Below are positions 1 through 9,810 of a DNA stretch of 64,000 nt, piece by piece. Below the pieces are notes generated by a model. That model ran no database searches. It saw only the letters and a program-made list of their open reading frames with translations, and had not been told where the DNA came from. The stretch spans positions 18,950 through 82,949 of the forward strand of contig CAYJMD010000001.1 of NCBI GenBank assembly GCA_964371585.1, given 5' to 3'. The translations under genes and the position numbers were made by a program. Within the stretch, counting starts at the first letter, position 1. Every line of letters begins with the position of its first letter. The stretch comes from an uncultured Clostridiaceae bacterium. GTDB taxonomy: Bacteria; Bacillota; Clostridia; TANB77; CAG-465.

Positions 1-1680
1 GCAGATATAACAGATCCTATTTGGGAAGAAGCAAATGTTATTACAGCTACTAACCCTATAGTTGGTGGCCCGGAAGCACAAACTTCAACCTTAACAGCTA
101 AAACTTTATGGGATGATGAATACCTATATATTCTAGCAGAAGTTACAGATACTAGTATATATGTTGCTCCATATGAAAAAAATATTTGGAATGGGGACTC
201 AGTAGAAATTTTCTTAGACTTTATGAATGTTAAGGCTGATGTTGCAAAAGATCCTAGTTACAACAAGATGATTATAAGTCCAGAAGGAGTAATATCATCA
301 GGTTCATTTAATATTCCACAAGGTGCAACTGCATCATCTATGATTGATGATAAAGGTTATGCTATTTTAGTTAAAGTTCCAATTGCTACAGTAGAAATAA
401 GTAGTGATAATGTAATTGGATTTGATATCCAGTTAAATGATGCTACGCTAGCAACTAAGAAAAGAAATGGAGCACAAACTTGGAATGATCCTACTGGTAC
501 AACAAATAAATACATGGAAAGATCAGGAAACTTAATATTATCGAATGAAGAAATTGTGCTTGAAGAAGAATATATTGCTAAACAATCAGAAGCGTTATTT
601 GCTACAGTAGATGGTATAGTTGATAGAAATTGGACAAATGCAAATATTATGACAGATTTCTATACAGTATTTTTACCATCAATCCCTGAAAGTATTATTG
701 AATATGATGTAGTAGAAAAATCAGATATAACTATTAAAACTTTAAATGATTCTCAAAATGTATACTTTTTAATAGATGTTATAGATGACGATATTTTTAA
801 ACATCAAACTGCTTCTTGGAACAGTGATACTGTTGAATTATTTATTGACATGGGTAATGAAAAAAATACTACTTCATATGATAGCAATGATGCTGCTATA
901 AAAGTATATGCAGATGGTCAAATTGCAAGTACTTCAAAAAATGTTCCTACAGGAACTACAGTAATATCTATGATAGATGAGACAGGATATAAATTACTCG
1001 TAACACTTCCAATAGATGAAGTAGGTATTATTGGTTTTGATGCTCAGCTTAATATAGCTTCATCAGTAGCTGGTCAAAGGATTGCTACAAAACTTTGGAA
1101 TGATAAAACAGGTAGCACTTGGAAAACTATGGAAAAATCAGGTGATTTGATTATTTCCAATGTAGCAGTAAAACCGGCGTTTTTACCAACAGAGAATATA
1201 TATACAGTGAAAGATTTAGAGCTTGCTTTAGTAAATCCGGAAGTTACTGAAATTATACTTGATACAGATATAGTACTAAATGATTTTTCTGAAATAGTAA
1301 ATGTAACTGGTAAAGATAGAATTCTTAATTTAAATGGATATACTATCACATTAAACTCTCCACTAAATATTAACTTTGCAACAGATAATAGTTATAAAAT
1401 AATTGATAGTAGCAATCTAGGTGGTATATATACTATATCAAATAGTGTAGTTAATATAACTGCTTTAGATACAGTAAACTCTGTTAATTTTAATATTGAT
1501 GGAGGAACATATGGCTCTACTACTACTCAAATTGTAAGTGTTATCGAATCGAAGTCTCTAGCAAAAGAACTAATTACAGTAAAAGATGTTACTTTAAGTA
1601 AAGTAATAACTTTATACACTAACTATGAATTTATGAATTCTACTAATATAAATATGGTAAATTCAAAATTCGTTAAATAA
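1..1680 (+). CDS. Secreted/cell-surface protein with repeated CBM9-like (family 9 carbohydrate-binding-like) modules; 5' end lies outside the window.
   Basis: Frame 1 is open from position 1. The motif block '(Y/W)DDEYLYI..V.D......K..W..DSVE(I/L)F(L/I)D' recurs three times (about aa 30-75, 245-300 and upstream). Serine/threonine/asparagine-rich beta-strand composition. Stop at 1680. Confidence 0.5.
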   Translation, partial: ADITDPIWEEANVITATNPIVGGPEAQTSTLTAKTLWDDEYLYILAEVTDTSIYVAPYEKNIWNGDSVEIFLDFMNVKADVAKDPSYNKMIISPEGVISSGSFNIPQGATASSMIDDKGYAILVKVPIATVEISSDNVIGFDIQLNDATLATKKRNGAQTWNDPTGTTNKYMERSGNLILSNEEIVLEEEYIAKQSEALFATVDGIVDRNWTNANIMTDFYTVFLPSIPESIIEYDVVEKSDITIKTLNDSQNVYFLIDVIDDDIFKHQTASWNSDTVELFIDMGNEKNTTSYDSNDAAIKVYADGQIASTSKNVPTGTTVISMIDETGYKLLVTLPIDEVGIIGFDAQLNIASSVAGQRIATKLWNDKTGSTWKTMEKSGDLIISNVAVKPAFLPTENIYTVKDLELALVNPEVTEIILDTDIVLNDFSEIVNVTGKDRILNLNGYTITLNSPLNINFATDNSYKIIDSSNLGGIYTISNSVVNITALDTVNSVNFNIDGGTYGSTTTQIVSVIESKSLAKELITVKDVTLSKVITLYTNYEFMNSTNINMVNSKFVK

Positions 1681-1774
1681 ATTATATATATCTCGTTTTA
1701 GAATTGATTTTTAAAGCGAGATATTTATTATCCCAAAATGTATAAGCTTCTAGTTTTTAAATAGATAGTTACAC

Positions 1775-1802
1775 TTGAAAATAAAAAAAAAAATGGTATA
1801 AT
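1775..1802 (+). promoter_or_regulatory. Sigma-A-type promoter for the 1844 gene with an A11 homopolymer inside a 16-nt spacer.
   Basis: TTGAAA(1775-1780), then 16 nt containing A11(1783-1793), then tGgTATAAT(1797-1802) with an extended -10. Confidence 0.45.
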
Positions 1803-1843
1803 GTATAGATGTTAAAATTATTTATTAAAAAAGGAGGAAATAA

Positions 1844-2533
1844 GTGGCAGGATTATTATTACATTTGAGTGCTGCAAGAAAAGTAGCTAAAGTATTAGAA
1901 AACAAATTTGAGGAAAAAGAAACATTAGATTTTTATGCTGGAAATATTATTCCAGATGAAGTTAGAGGCTGTGTTAAGAATGAGGGACATTATAGGAAGC
2001 AATATTTAGATTGCCCACTATTACTAGTTGATGTTCAGGAAGCTAAACAAGCATATTTAGAAAATCCATCTCCTCTTACTTTAGGTATATATTTACATTT
2101 ATATGTTGATCATTATTTTTTAGTAGATTTATTATTTAAAAAAGTTAGTTGGAAAGATAATAGTATATATCATCCAAAAGAAGAATTACTATGGTCTGCA
2201 AAAGATTTTGCTAAGGGATATATACAAGATGTATATGCTCATACAAATATGTACATGTTTGATAATGAGAAAGATATATTAGATTTGTTTAATATTATTC
2301 CGAAAAAATTACCATCTACAGGTTATGAAATGTATGATGATCGTAAAGAGTATTGTTGGCAAGAAACTTTTGATAGTGATATTAAAGCGGAATTAAAAGA
2401 GACTAATTTTGATATTTTAGAACCTGAAGAAACATATAATACAATAGGATACATAGCAGATAAATTTATAAATGAAGAATTAGAATATTTAATAACATAT
2501 TTAAATAATAACGATAAAACACATCTAAGTTAA
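1844..2533 (+). CDS. Hypothetical protein of 229 aa, histidine/aspartate-rich; possibly a zinc-dependent phospholipase C / P1-nuclease-like fold.
   Basis: RBS AAGGAGG 7 nt upstream of a GTG start. Clean ORF with no recognisable catalytic motif beyond scattered H/D/E residues. Confidence 0.4.
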   Translation: MAGLLLHLSAARKVAKVLENKFEEKETLDFYAGNIIPDEVRGCVKNEGHYRKQYLDCPLLLVDVQEAKQAYLENPSPLTLGIYLHLYVDHYFLVDLLFKKVSWKDNSIYHPKEELLWSAKDFAKGYIQDVYAHTNMYMFDNEKDILDLFNIIPKKLPSTGYEMYDDRKEYCWQETFDSDIKAELKETNFDILEPEETYNTIGYIADKFINEELEYLITYLNNNDKTHLS

Positions 2534-2826
2534 TATTAGATGTGTTTTTATGTGAATAATAATTTCAAACAAATTTTATGTATATAAAAAGAAGTAGTGA
2601 TAGATGAAAAATCCTTTATAATAAAGGTGGGTATCATAATACGATCTTTAGGATTCTTTTGAATAATAAAAGCATTCACACCGATCATATAAATCTGATT
2701 CCCTTTCATTTGCTTGTAGATTTTCAAATAATTCACTACTTCACTTATATTATATCACTTTTAAAAGTAAATGTAAATAAAATAACTCATTATTAGCAGA
2801 GATACCAAAAAATGACAATAATTATG

Positions 2827-2855
2827 TTGACAAATTAGCTTTAAAGTGGTATAAT
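2827..2855 (+). promoter_or_regulatory. Near-consensus sigma-A promoter.
   Basis: TTGACA, 17 nt, tGgTATAAT (extended -10), immediately upstream of the RelA/SpoT-domain gene. Confidence 0.6.
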
Positions 2856-2882
2856 TGCTACATAAATAGGAGAGTGCTAAAA

Positions 2883-4181
2883 TTGATAGATGTAGGCAAA
2901 ATAAGAGAAGAATTAAAAGTAGAAGACGAAATAAAAAGAAATGTAAAACAAAGAGTTTTAGAGAGTTATAAAAATATAAAAAATCTTGAGGAAATAGTAG
3001 ATATTTTAATGATACAAATTGCTAAAGATGTAAAACAAACATTCCCAGGTGTTAATTTTAGATTGTTTTCTAGAATTAAATCTGAAGATAGTTTAAATAA
3101 CAAAATTGATAATATATTAAAAACAAGATCTAAGGAAGATATGCAGGATTATATAATGAAAGATATAATTGGTATAAGTGTAGTTGTAGAATCTGTTCCA
3201 AATGAAGTTAGTGTTAATGATGAAGACTTCGATTCTAGGATACAAGAACTTATTAATAAAAGAGAAGAAACAAAAAAGACTTGTGAAGGATATAAAGAAG
3301 ATTCAAAAAATAATGATAAAACAATTGCTAATTATAAAGATAGATTAAAAGAAGCAGAACATCTAATCCTTAAAAATGGTGAAATGATAGCTAAAGCTGA
3401 AACTGATAAATTATCAAAAGAGTTTGTTGATTATTTAAATGAAACACAAGAATATTTATCAACTAACTATAAAAATTTAGAAAAAAGTTTAGAAAACAGA
3501 AAAAGAGAAATGGAAACTAAAAACACCATAATTCAAAGAAGTGAAGAAAGAATTATGCGTGAAGATGAAGATTGTAAAGAAATTATAGCTGATTATATTA
3601 TAAAACATTTAGCATCTTTTAAAAATATAAAATCACTTCATGTTAAAGATATTAAGGATGAACTTGAAATCAAAAGAAAATATAATGGTTATACAGCAGT
3701 CCATAATTGCCTTAGTATTAATTTAACAGATTCTGAAGGTGAAAATATATTTATACCATTTGAAGTTCAAGGTAAAACTATAGAAGCATATCAAGAATCA
3801 AATAGAGGTAAATCTTCAGAGTATCATGTTAAACAAAAAGTGACATCTTCTGTAGTTAAACCTAAAATAAAACAAATACCAGAATTTTTAAGAATTGATG
3901 ATTCAAATATATCAGAATCATTAAAAGAAGAAAGAAAAGAAAAGTTAAAAAAATCTTTGCCTGTGTACAGAGTATATTATACAGATAAATCAAAAGATGA
4001 AGAAGGAAAAGTATATAAACTTAGTACAAAAGAATCATTTATGTTGTTTTATCAAAACTTATTAATAGGTAATGAAACTTTGGGTATTGAAAATGATAAA
4101 GAATTACTTAAAATAATTGTTGATAAAGAAAATCATAAGAATTATTTATCTATTGAAGACTCTGATATATATTCTTTATAA
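2883..4181 (+). CDS. RelA/SpoT-domain (p)ppGpp synthetase-like nucleotidyltransferase (small alarmone synthetase family) with a roughly 170-aa coiled-coil insertion and a C-terminal extension.
   Basis: Synthetase motifs read directly: 'FRLFSRIKSEDSLNNKI...DIIGISVVV', then a K/E-rich insert, then 'GYTAVHNCLSI' and 'FEVQGKTIEAYQESNRGKSSEYHVKQK' (EiQiRT..h.wae..H..YK-like). The TTG at 2883 is the likely start, since the RBS AGGAGAG at 2868-2874 overlaps the GTG at 2874. Confidence 0.6.
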   Translation: MIDVGKIREELKVEDEIKRNVKQRVLESYKNIKNLEEIVDILMIQIAKDVKQTFPGVNFRLFSRIKSEDSLNNKIDNILKTRSKEDMQDYIMKDIIGISVVVESVPNEVSVNDEDFDSRIQELINKREETKKTCEGYKEDSKNNDKTIANYKDRLKEAEHLILKNGEMIAKAETDKLSKEFVDYLNETQEYLSTNYKNLEKSLENRKREMETKNTIIQRSEERIMREDEDCKEIIADYIIKHLASFKNIKSLHVKDIKDELEIKRKYNGYTAVHNCLSINLTDSEGENIFIPFEVQGKTIEAYQESNRGKSSEYHVKQKVTSSVVKPKIKQIPEFLRIDDSNISESLKEERKEKLKKSLPVYRVYYTDKSKDEEGKVYKLSTKESFMLFYQNLLIGNETLGIENDKELLKIIVDKENHKNYLSIEDSDIYSL

Positions 4182-4224
4182 TATTATAGTATTTTTATTG
4201 TAAAACATATATTAAAATGATATA

Positions 4225-5097
4225 ATGTTTAAGGAAAAAGGGGGATTTATTTTGAAATTAATTATTGAAATGTTAAAAGGTTCATTAATGGGGATTGCAA
4301 ATATAATACCAGGACTTAGTGGTGGTACACTTGCAGTTGTAATGAACATTTATGATAAATTAATAGATGCGATAACTGATGTTGTAAAACATCCAATTAA
4401 AGTTATTAAATCTATTTGGATTTATATTGTGGGTATAGTAGTGGGGCTAGTTGCAGGTATGTTTGGGATATCATACTTATTAGAAACATTTGAAGTGCCA
4501 ACAACAGCTTTATTCATAGGTTTAATTGTGGGAGCAATTCCACTTATGTTCAAAGAAGTAGATAAAAAGAAAATAACAAAAACTAATATAATAGTTGCAG
4601 TTTTAATGGGAGCTTTAGTAATATCACTTCCATATTTAAGTTTACTTGGATCAAGTGCATCTGCATCAAATCCTATAATATATTTCTTTTTAGGAACAAT
4701 TGCAGCAGCTACTATGGTTATACCAGGAGTTAGCGGTTCTATGGTTCTTATGACACTTGGATATTATGATTCGGTTGTTAATTTAGGGAAAGACACAATA
4801 TCAAATTTAGTTAAATTTAATATTCCGGAATTAATGAGTAATTTATACTTAGCAATTCCACTTGGTATTGGGATAATATTAGGTGTTGTAATTATAGCTA
4901 AAGCAATAAAATGGTTGTTTAAGAAACATAAACAAATGGCAACATTTGCTATACTAGGACTTATAATAGCAAGTCCATTTGCAGTTATTGCAGAAATGAG
5001 TTTTACGGGTGTTAATGTTATTACTGTAATTGTAGCAATTATAACTTTTGCGATTGGTACATACGCATCATATTATTTAAGTAAGATTGAGGGGTAA
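4225..5097 (+). CDS. DUF368-family polytopic membrane protein (putative undecaprenyl-phosphate translocase, PopT-like).
   Basis: 'IPGLSGGTLAVV' and 'IPGVSGSMVLMT' duplicated motifs typical of DUF368. About 8 TM helices. Confidence 0.6.
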   Translation: MFKEKGGFILKLIIEMLKGSLMGIANIIPGLSGGTLAVVMNIYDKLIDAITDVVKHPIKVIKSIWIYIVGIVVGLVAGMFGISYLLETFEVPTTALFIGLIVGAIPLMFKEVDKKKITKTNIIVAVLMGALVISLPYLSLLGSSASASNPIIYFFLGTIAAATMVIPGVSGSMVLMTLGYYDSVVNLGKDTISNLVKFNIPELMSNLYLAIPLGIGIILGVVIIAKAIKWLFKKHKQMATFAILGLIIASPFAVIAEMSFTGVNVITVIVAIITFAIGTYASYYLSKIEG

Positions 5098-5101
5098 GTT
5101 T

Positions 5102-6277
5102 ATGAATAAGTTATTTAAAATTGTTTTACTTACTATAATAACTATTTTTGTAAGTAGTAGTTTGATAAATGTAAATGCTTCAATGATGAAAATAGAGATG
5201 ACAGATAGTATTTACAAATTTAGTGAAAAAGAAGATATTAATGTTCCTTTTTTAGTTTATTCATCAAATAGATTAGTAGTGGATAAGCAAATAGAGCACT
5301 CTGGGATACTTGCTTCAGGTTTAAATATAGATATAGATAATATTTTAAATGGAGCTTATTTAATATTTACTGGTAGTGATGTAAGAATAAATAGCGAAAT
5401 AGAAAATACTGCAATAATGGGAACCAATGTGGTTATATCTGGAACAGTTAAAGAAGCTAGTGTTATATATGCTACAAATGTTACTATAGAAGAAACAGCA
5501 GTTATAGAAGATGATTTAATCATATTTGCTGATAACGTAAAAATATCAGGATCATCAAGTAGGAATTTAATTGTGTATTCTAATACACTTGATATATCAA
5601 ATGCAAATTTAACAGATTTAAGAGCAAGTTTAGTAAGTATAAATATTTCAGAAGAATCAGATATAACAGGAAAAATATATGTCGAATCTACTAATGATAT
5701 TGTACTTAATGAGAAATTTTCTAAAGCTGAAATAATTAAACTAAATCAGATAGATAGTGCAAATGAAAATGTACAAATTGATATATTTAATTTACTTAAA
5801 AATTCATTAATACTTGCATTAATATATTTTATACTATCAAGTAAAACTACAATATTTACCAAAGGATTAAATAAAGTGAAAAGTAATTTACCATATACTT
5901 TCTTAATGGGCGCAGGTTCAATACTACTTGTAGTACCTTTAGTTGTAATATTCTTTATATTAATTATAATAGGTATTGATATGATAGGTGTACCATTACT
6001 AATAGCATATATTTCATTCTTATTCATAGGTATGTATATTTCTACATTTGTAGTAGGAAGTTTTATGACAGAATATGTATACACAAAGTTTAGTAATAAA
6101 ATAGATAAATCATGGTATAAACTTGTAATGTCATTTGTAATATTTGTGATACTTACACTTGTTACATACATTGCAGTTATAGATGCTTTTATAATAATGG
6201 CACTATTTATGTTTAGTATGGGGATATTACTTACATTATTATTTAAAAAAGATAAAATCAAAGTAGATAATAAATAA
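5102..6277 (+). CDS. Membrane protein with an N-terminal signal/TM segment, a central beta-helix-like repeat region (polymer-forming/bactofilin-like) and a C-terminal 4-TM domain.
   Basis: RBS GAGGGG before the ATG at 5102. Repeated 'V.ISG..K.A.VIYATNV.I' units. Hydrophobic C-terminus. Confidence 0.45.
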   Translation: MNKLFKIVLLTIITIFVSSSLINVNASMMKIEMTDSIYKFSEKEDINVPFLVYSSNRLVVDKQIEHSGILASGLNIDIDNILNGAYLIFTGSDVRINSEIENTAIMGTNVVISGTVKEASVIYATNVTIEETAVIEDDLIIFADNVKISGSSSRNLIVYSNTLDISNANLTDLRASLVSINISEESDITGKIYVESTNDIVLNEKFSKAEIIKLNQIDSANENVQIDIFNLLKNSLILALIYFILSSKTTIFTKGLNKVKSNLPYTFLMGAGSILLVVPLVVIFFILIIIGIDMIGVPLLIAYISFLFIGMYISTFVVGSFMTEYVYTKFSNKIDKSWYKLVMSFVIFVILTLVTYIAVIDAFIIMALFMFSMGILLTLLFKKDKIKVDNK

Positions 6278-6366
6278 AAAAATATATAATTAAATATAAT
6301 CTATTTAGATTAAATAAAAACTCTCAGTAATATATATCTGAGAGTTTTGTTATATAAGGAGTGTAT

Positions 6367-6939
6367 ATGAATAATAAAAAAATTATTGGAATATGTGGAA
6401 AATCTGGTACTGGAAAAACTACTTTAGCTAAAGAACTTGCTATAAAGTATGATGCACTACATATTGATATTGATAAAGTAGGTCATAAAATAAATGAAGA
6501 AAAACAAATAAAAAATGATATTATTAAAGTGTTTGGTAGTGATATATTAGATGAAAATGATAATGTATCAAGAATTAAACTAGGTAATATAGTGTTTAAC
6601 TCTAAAAAAGCAATGGATAAACTTGAAGAGATAACATGGAAATATATGGAAGAGTATATAGAAAAAGAAATTAATAAAACACCACAAAAAGTAATAATAC
6701 TAGACTGGTTACTCCTTCCTAAAACAGAACTTTTTAATAAGTGCAACACAAAAATATTACTTGTTGCTAAAGACGAGAACTGTAAAAAAAGAATACTAAG
6801 TCGCGATAATATATCTGAGGAAAGATATGCATTAAGAGATAAAGCATCATATGAATATGATAATCATATGTTTGATATTGTACTAAATAATGATGATGTA
6901 AATGATTTAGAAAATTTGGAGGTGCAAATAGATGAGTAG
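6367..6939 (+). CDS. P-loop nucleotide kinase, dephospho-CoA kinase-like (putative coaE).
   Basis: Walker A 'GICGKSGTGKTT'. Lid-like segment 'ILSRDNISEERYALR'. Overlaps the coaD start. Confidence 0.4.
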   Translation: MNNKKIIGICGKSGTGKTTLAKELAIKYDALHIDIDKVGHKINEEKQIKNDIIKVFGSDILDENDNVSRIKLGNIVFNSKKAMDKLEEITWKYMEEYIEKEINKTPQKVIILDWLLLPKTELFNKCNTKILLVAKDENCKKRILSRDNISEERYALRDKASYEYDNHMFDIVLNNDDVNDLENLEVQIDE

Positions 6940-7447
6940 AGCAATGTATGCAGGTAGCTTCGATCCTTTTACAAAAGGGCATAGTGAAATAGTTTTAAAT
7001 TCTTTGAAAATATTTTCTAAAGTGATTATTGCTGTAGCAAACAATCCAGAAAAAAAGACTATGTTTAATGTAGAAGAAAGAATAAGTCAAATAAGAGAAA
7101 TTTTCAAAAATGAAGATAGAGTAGAAGTTATAAAAATTGATAAGGGAGAAACAACAGTTAAAGTTGCTAAAACTAATAGTTGTACTGCATTAATTAGAGG
7201 TTTAAGAAACTCTGTTGATTATGAGTATGAAAAGAATCTAGCTAAACTTAATTTAGGTATTTGTGACGATATAGTTACTATTGTAATATTTACTGATATT
7301 AAATATGAACATATATCATCATCTGCAGTTAAAATGCTATTTGATTTAAAACAAGATATATCTTCTTATGTTACAAATAGTGTTTTTAATGCTATGAAAG
7401 ATAAATATTATATTAATTCAAATAAAATATGGGAGCAAGATATCTAA
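6932..7447 (+). CDS. coaD: Phosphopantetheine adenylyltransferase.
   Basis: 'YAGSFDPFTKGHSEIV' H/T-x-G-H nucleotidyltransferase motif. About 165 aa. Confidence 0.85.
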   Translation: MSRAMYAGSFDPFTKGHSEIVLNSLKIFSKVIIAVANNPEKKTMFNVEERISQIREIFKNEDRVEVIKIDKGETTVKVAKTNSCTALIRGLRNSVDYEYEKNLAKLNLGICDDIVTIVIFTDIKYEHISSSAVKMLFDLKQDISSYVTNSVFNAMKDKYYINSNKIWEQDI

Positions 7448-7610
7448 TTATTTGTAATTTAAAAGTAATTTATAAAACTTTTAAGTAAGTAGTATTTTTG
7501 TAAATATATAAACAAAAAAGTTGTAAATAGTTGAAATTGATATAAAAATGTAATATAATTGAAAGCAACGGAAATGGTGGTGAGTACTCTAATACAGGTT
7601 AGAGAAAAAT

Positions 7611-8621
7611 ATGTCACAAGATATAGCAATAGATTTAGGAACAGCGACAATATTAGTATATGTAAAAGGTAAAGGTATAGTACTTAGAGAGCCGTCAGTT
7701 GTAGCAATAGATAAAGATACAAATGAAGTTTTGGCAGTTGGACTTGAAGCAAGAAAAATGCTTGGTAGAACTCCAGGAAATATAGTAGCTATTAGACCAC
7801 TTAAAGATGGTGTAATATCAGATTATACAATAACAGAAAAGATGCTTAAATATTTCATTTCAAAAGTATGTGGTAGATTTATTTTTTCTCCACGTATTAT
7901 GGTTTGTATACCAGCAGCAATAACAGAAGTTGAAAGAAAAGCGGTAATAGATGCTGCTACTCATGCTGGAGCAAAGAAGGTATATCTAATAGAAGAGCCA
8001 CTCGCTGCAGCAATTGGTGCAGGTATAGATATAACAAAGCCATATGGTTCAATGATAGTGGATATAGGTGGAGGAACTGCAGATATTGCAGTTATATCGC
8101 TTGGTGGAGTTGTTATTAGTAAAACACTTAAGGTTGCTGGGGATAAGTTTGATGAAGCTATAGTTAAATACATGAAGAAAAGTAGAAATCTAGTTATAGG
8201 TGAAAGAACAGCAGAAGATGTTAAAGTTAAAATAGGATCTATGTATCCCAAAGCGTTAACCGAAACTATGCATGTAAAAGGAAGAGATATAACTTCTGGT
8301 CTTCCTACAGAACTTGAAGTTACATCAGATGAGATTTTAGAAGCTTTAAAAGATTGTAGTGAGCAATTAATGGAAGGTATATATACATTACTTGAAGAGA
8401 CGCCTCCAGAATTACTTGCAGATATTTCTACAAGAGGAATATACATCACAGGTGGTGGTGGTTTAGTAGATGGACTTGATAAACTTATAGAAGAAAAAAC
8501 AGGAATACCTACTAGAGTTGCAGCAGATGCTGTATCATGTGTTGCTATGGGAACAGGTAAAGCACTTAATCATTTAGAGTTATTACAAACAGGAAATGCT
8601 GTTAAAATAAAAAAATTATAG
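7611..8621 (+). CDS. mreB: Actin-like rod-shape protein of the MreB/Mbl family, stand-alone with no mreCD downstream.
   Basis: 'IAIDLGTATILVY', 'DIGGGTADIAVIS', 'ITGGGG'. Followed by its own terminator. Confidence 0.85.
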   Translation: MSQDIAIDLGTATILVYVKGKGIVLREPSVVAIDKDTNEVLAVGLEARKMLGRTPGNIVAIRPLKDGVISDYTITEKMLKYFISKVCGRFIFSPRIMVCIPAAITEVERKAVIDAATHAGAKKVYLIEEPLAAAIGAGIDITKPYGSMIVDIGGGTADIAVISLGGVVISKTLKVAGDKFDEAIVKYMKKSRNLVIGERTAEDVKVKIGSMYPKALTETMHVKGRDITSGLPTELEVTSDEILEALKDCSEQLMEGIYTLLEETPPELLADISTRGIYITGGGGLVDGLDKLIEEKTGIPTRVAADAVSCVAMGTGKALNHLELLQTGNAVKIKKL

Positions 8622-8627
8622 AATTAA

Positions 8628-8664
8628 GAGTAGTATTAATATTAATACTACTCAATTTTTATTT
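8628..8664 (+). terminator. Rho-independent terminator after the mreB-like gene.
   Basis: Perfect palindrome GAGTAGTATTAAT/ATTAATACTACTC followed by AATTTTTATTTT. Confidence 0.6.
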
Positions 8665-8810
8665 TAAATTCTTTAATTACTATTAGAATTAATATAAATT
8701 ATTTAAAATTAATAGGATATATGATATAATAAATTGAAGTTAAAATATACAATGAATTAAAATAAAATTATAGTATAAATTTATTTAAAAATACAATTAA
8801 GGAGGTAATT

Positions 8811-9755
8811 ATGATAGATATTTTTAAAACAAATATTGTTACAAAAAAATTAGAAAATATTAATACTGTAGAAAAAGGATGTTGGATTAATATGGTAAAT
8901 CCTACAGATGAGGAGATAGCATATGTAACTAAAAAGTTAAATGTTACTGAACAACTTTTAAGATATCCACTGGATTTACAAGAAAAGCCCCATATAGATG
9001 AAGATGAAGGATCAGTTCTTATAGATATTGACGTACCCATTACAGAAATGAAAGATGGAAAAAAAGTTTATTCTACAATGCCTCTTGGTATGGTTTTAGT
9101 AAGAGATGACTACTTTATAACTATTTCTTTAGTTAAAATAAATGTTATAGATGAAATAACTGCGTCTAGAAAAAAATTAAGTGTTGAAACAGAAAAAAAA
9201 TCAAGATTGGTATTTCAATTACTATATAATATTTCAAAAGAATTTATAAATTATATGGGATACATTAGTACTGATATTGATGAATTTGAAAATGCAATGA
9301 ACAAGTCTATGAAGCATAAAAACTTACTTACATTATTAGATTTAGAAAAGGCTATGATTTATTTTTCAACTTCTCTTAAAGCAAATCAAGTGGTATTACA
9401 AAAATTAAATAGAGGTAGAAGTATAAAATTATACGAAGAAGATGCAGATTTATTAGAGGATACATTAATTGAAGGAAATCAAGCAATAGAAATGATTAGT
9501 ACATATAGTGAAATATTAAATGGTATTATTGATATATTTGGAACAATAATTTCAAATAACTTAAATGTTGTTATGAAATTTTTAGCTTCTATTACGTTTA
9601 TAATGGCTGTGCCTACTTTAATTAGTAGTTTCATGGGTATGAATTTAGATTTTCCATTTCCTACTGATGCAAGAGGGTTTGCAGTAACTGTAGCAGTTAT
9701 GATTATATCTACACTTATAATAACATACATACTTAAAAAGAAAAAAATGTTATAG
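8811..9755 (+). CDS. corA: CorA-family Mg2+/Co2+ transporter.
   Basis: C-terminal two TM helices with a 'GMN' motif ('FMGMNLDFPFP'). Confidence 0.7.
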   Translation: MIDIFKTNIVTKKLENINTVEKGCWINMVNPTDEEIAYVTKKLNVTEQLLRYPLDLQEKPHIDEDEGSVLIDIDVPITEMKDGKKVYSTMPLGMVLVRDDYFITISLVKINVIDEITASRKKLSVETEKKSRLVFQLLYNISKEFINYMGYISTDIDEFENAMNKSMKHKNLLTLLDLEKAMIYFSTSLKANQVVLQKLNRGRSIKLYEEDADLLEDTLIEGNQAIEMISTYSEILNGIIDIFGTIISNNLNVVMKFLASITFIMAVPTLISSFMGMNLDFPFPTDARGFAVTVAVMIISTLIITYILKKKKML

Positions 9756-9810
9756 ATAAAAATAAATATTTAAATTAGTAATGTTATGAGTAAGAAAGAG
9801 GATACAATTT

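Noticed and set aside
1074-1349. Minus-strand ORFs nested inside longer plus-strand genes (also 5746-6261, 6483-6749, 7961-8449, 9479-9730, 23089-23412, 26719-27201, 32707-33204, 34478-34834, 55790-56128 and others).
   Set aside because: They are entirely antisense to well-supported CDSs. They are hydrophobic and low-complexity as expected for AT-rich reverse frames, and they lack RBSs. They are shadow ORFs.
2874-2882. GTG at 2874 as the start of the RelA/SpoT-domain gene, and other ORF-track TTG/GTG N-terminal extensions (13341, 27313, 47705, 52631, 20447).
   Set aside because: An RBS lies within or directly against these codons. Downstream in-frame ATG/TTG codons with properly spaced AGGAGG-type RBSs are better starts.
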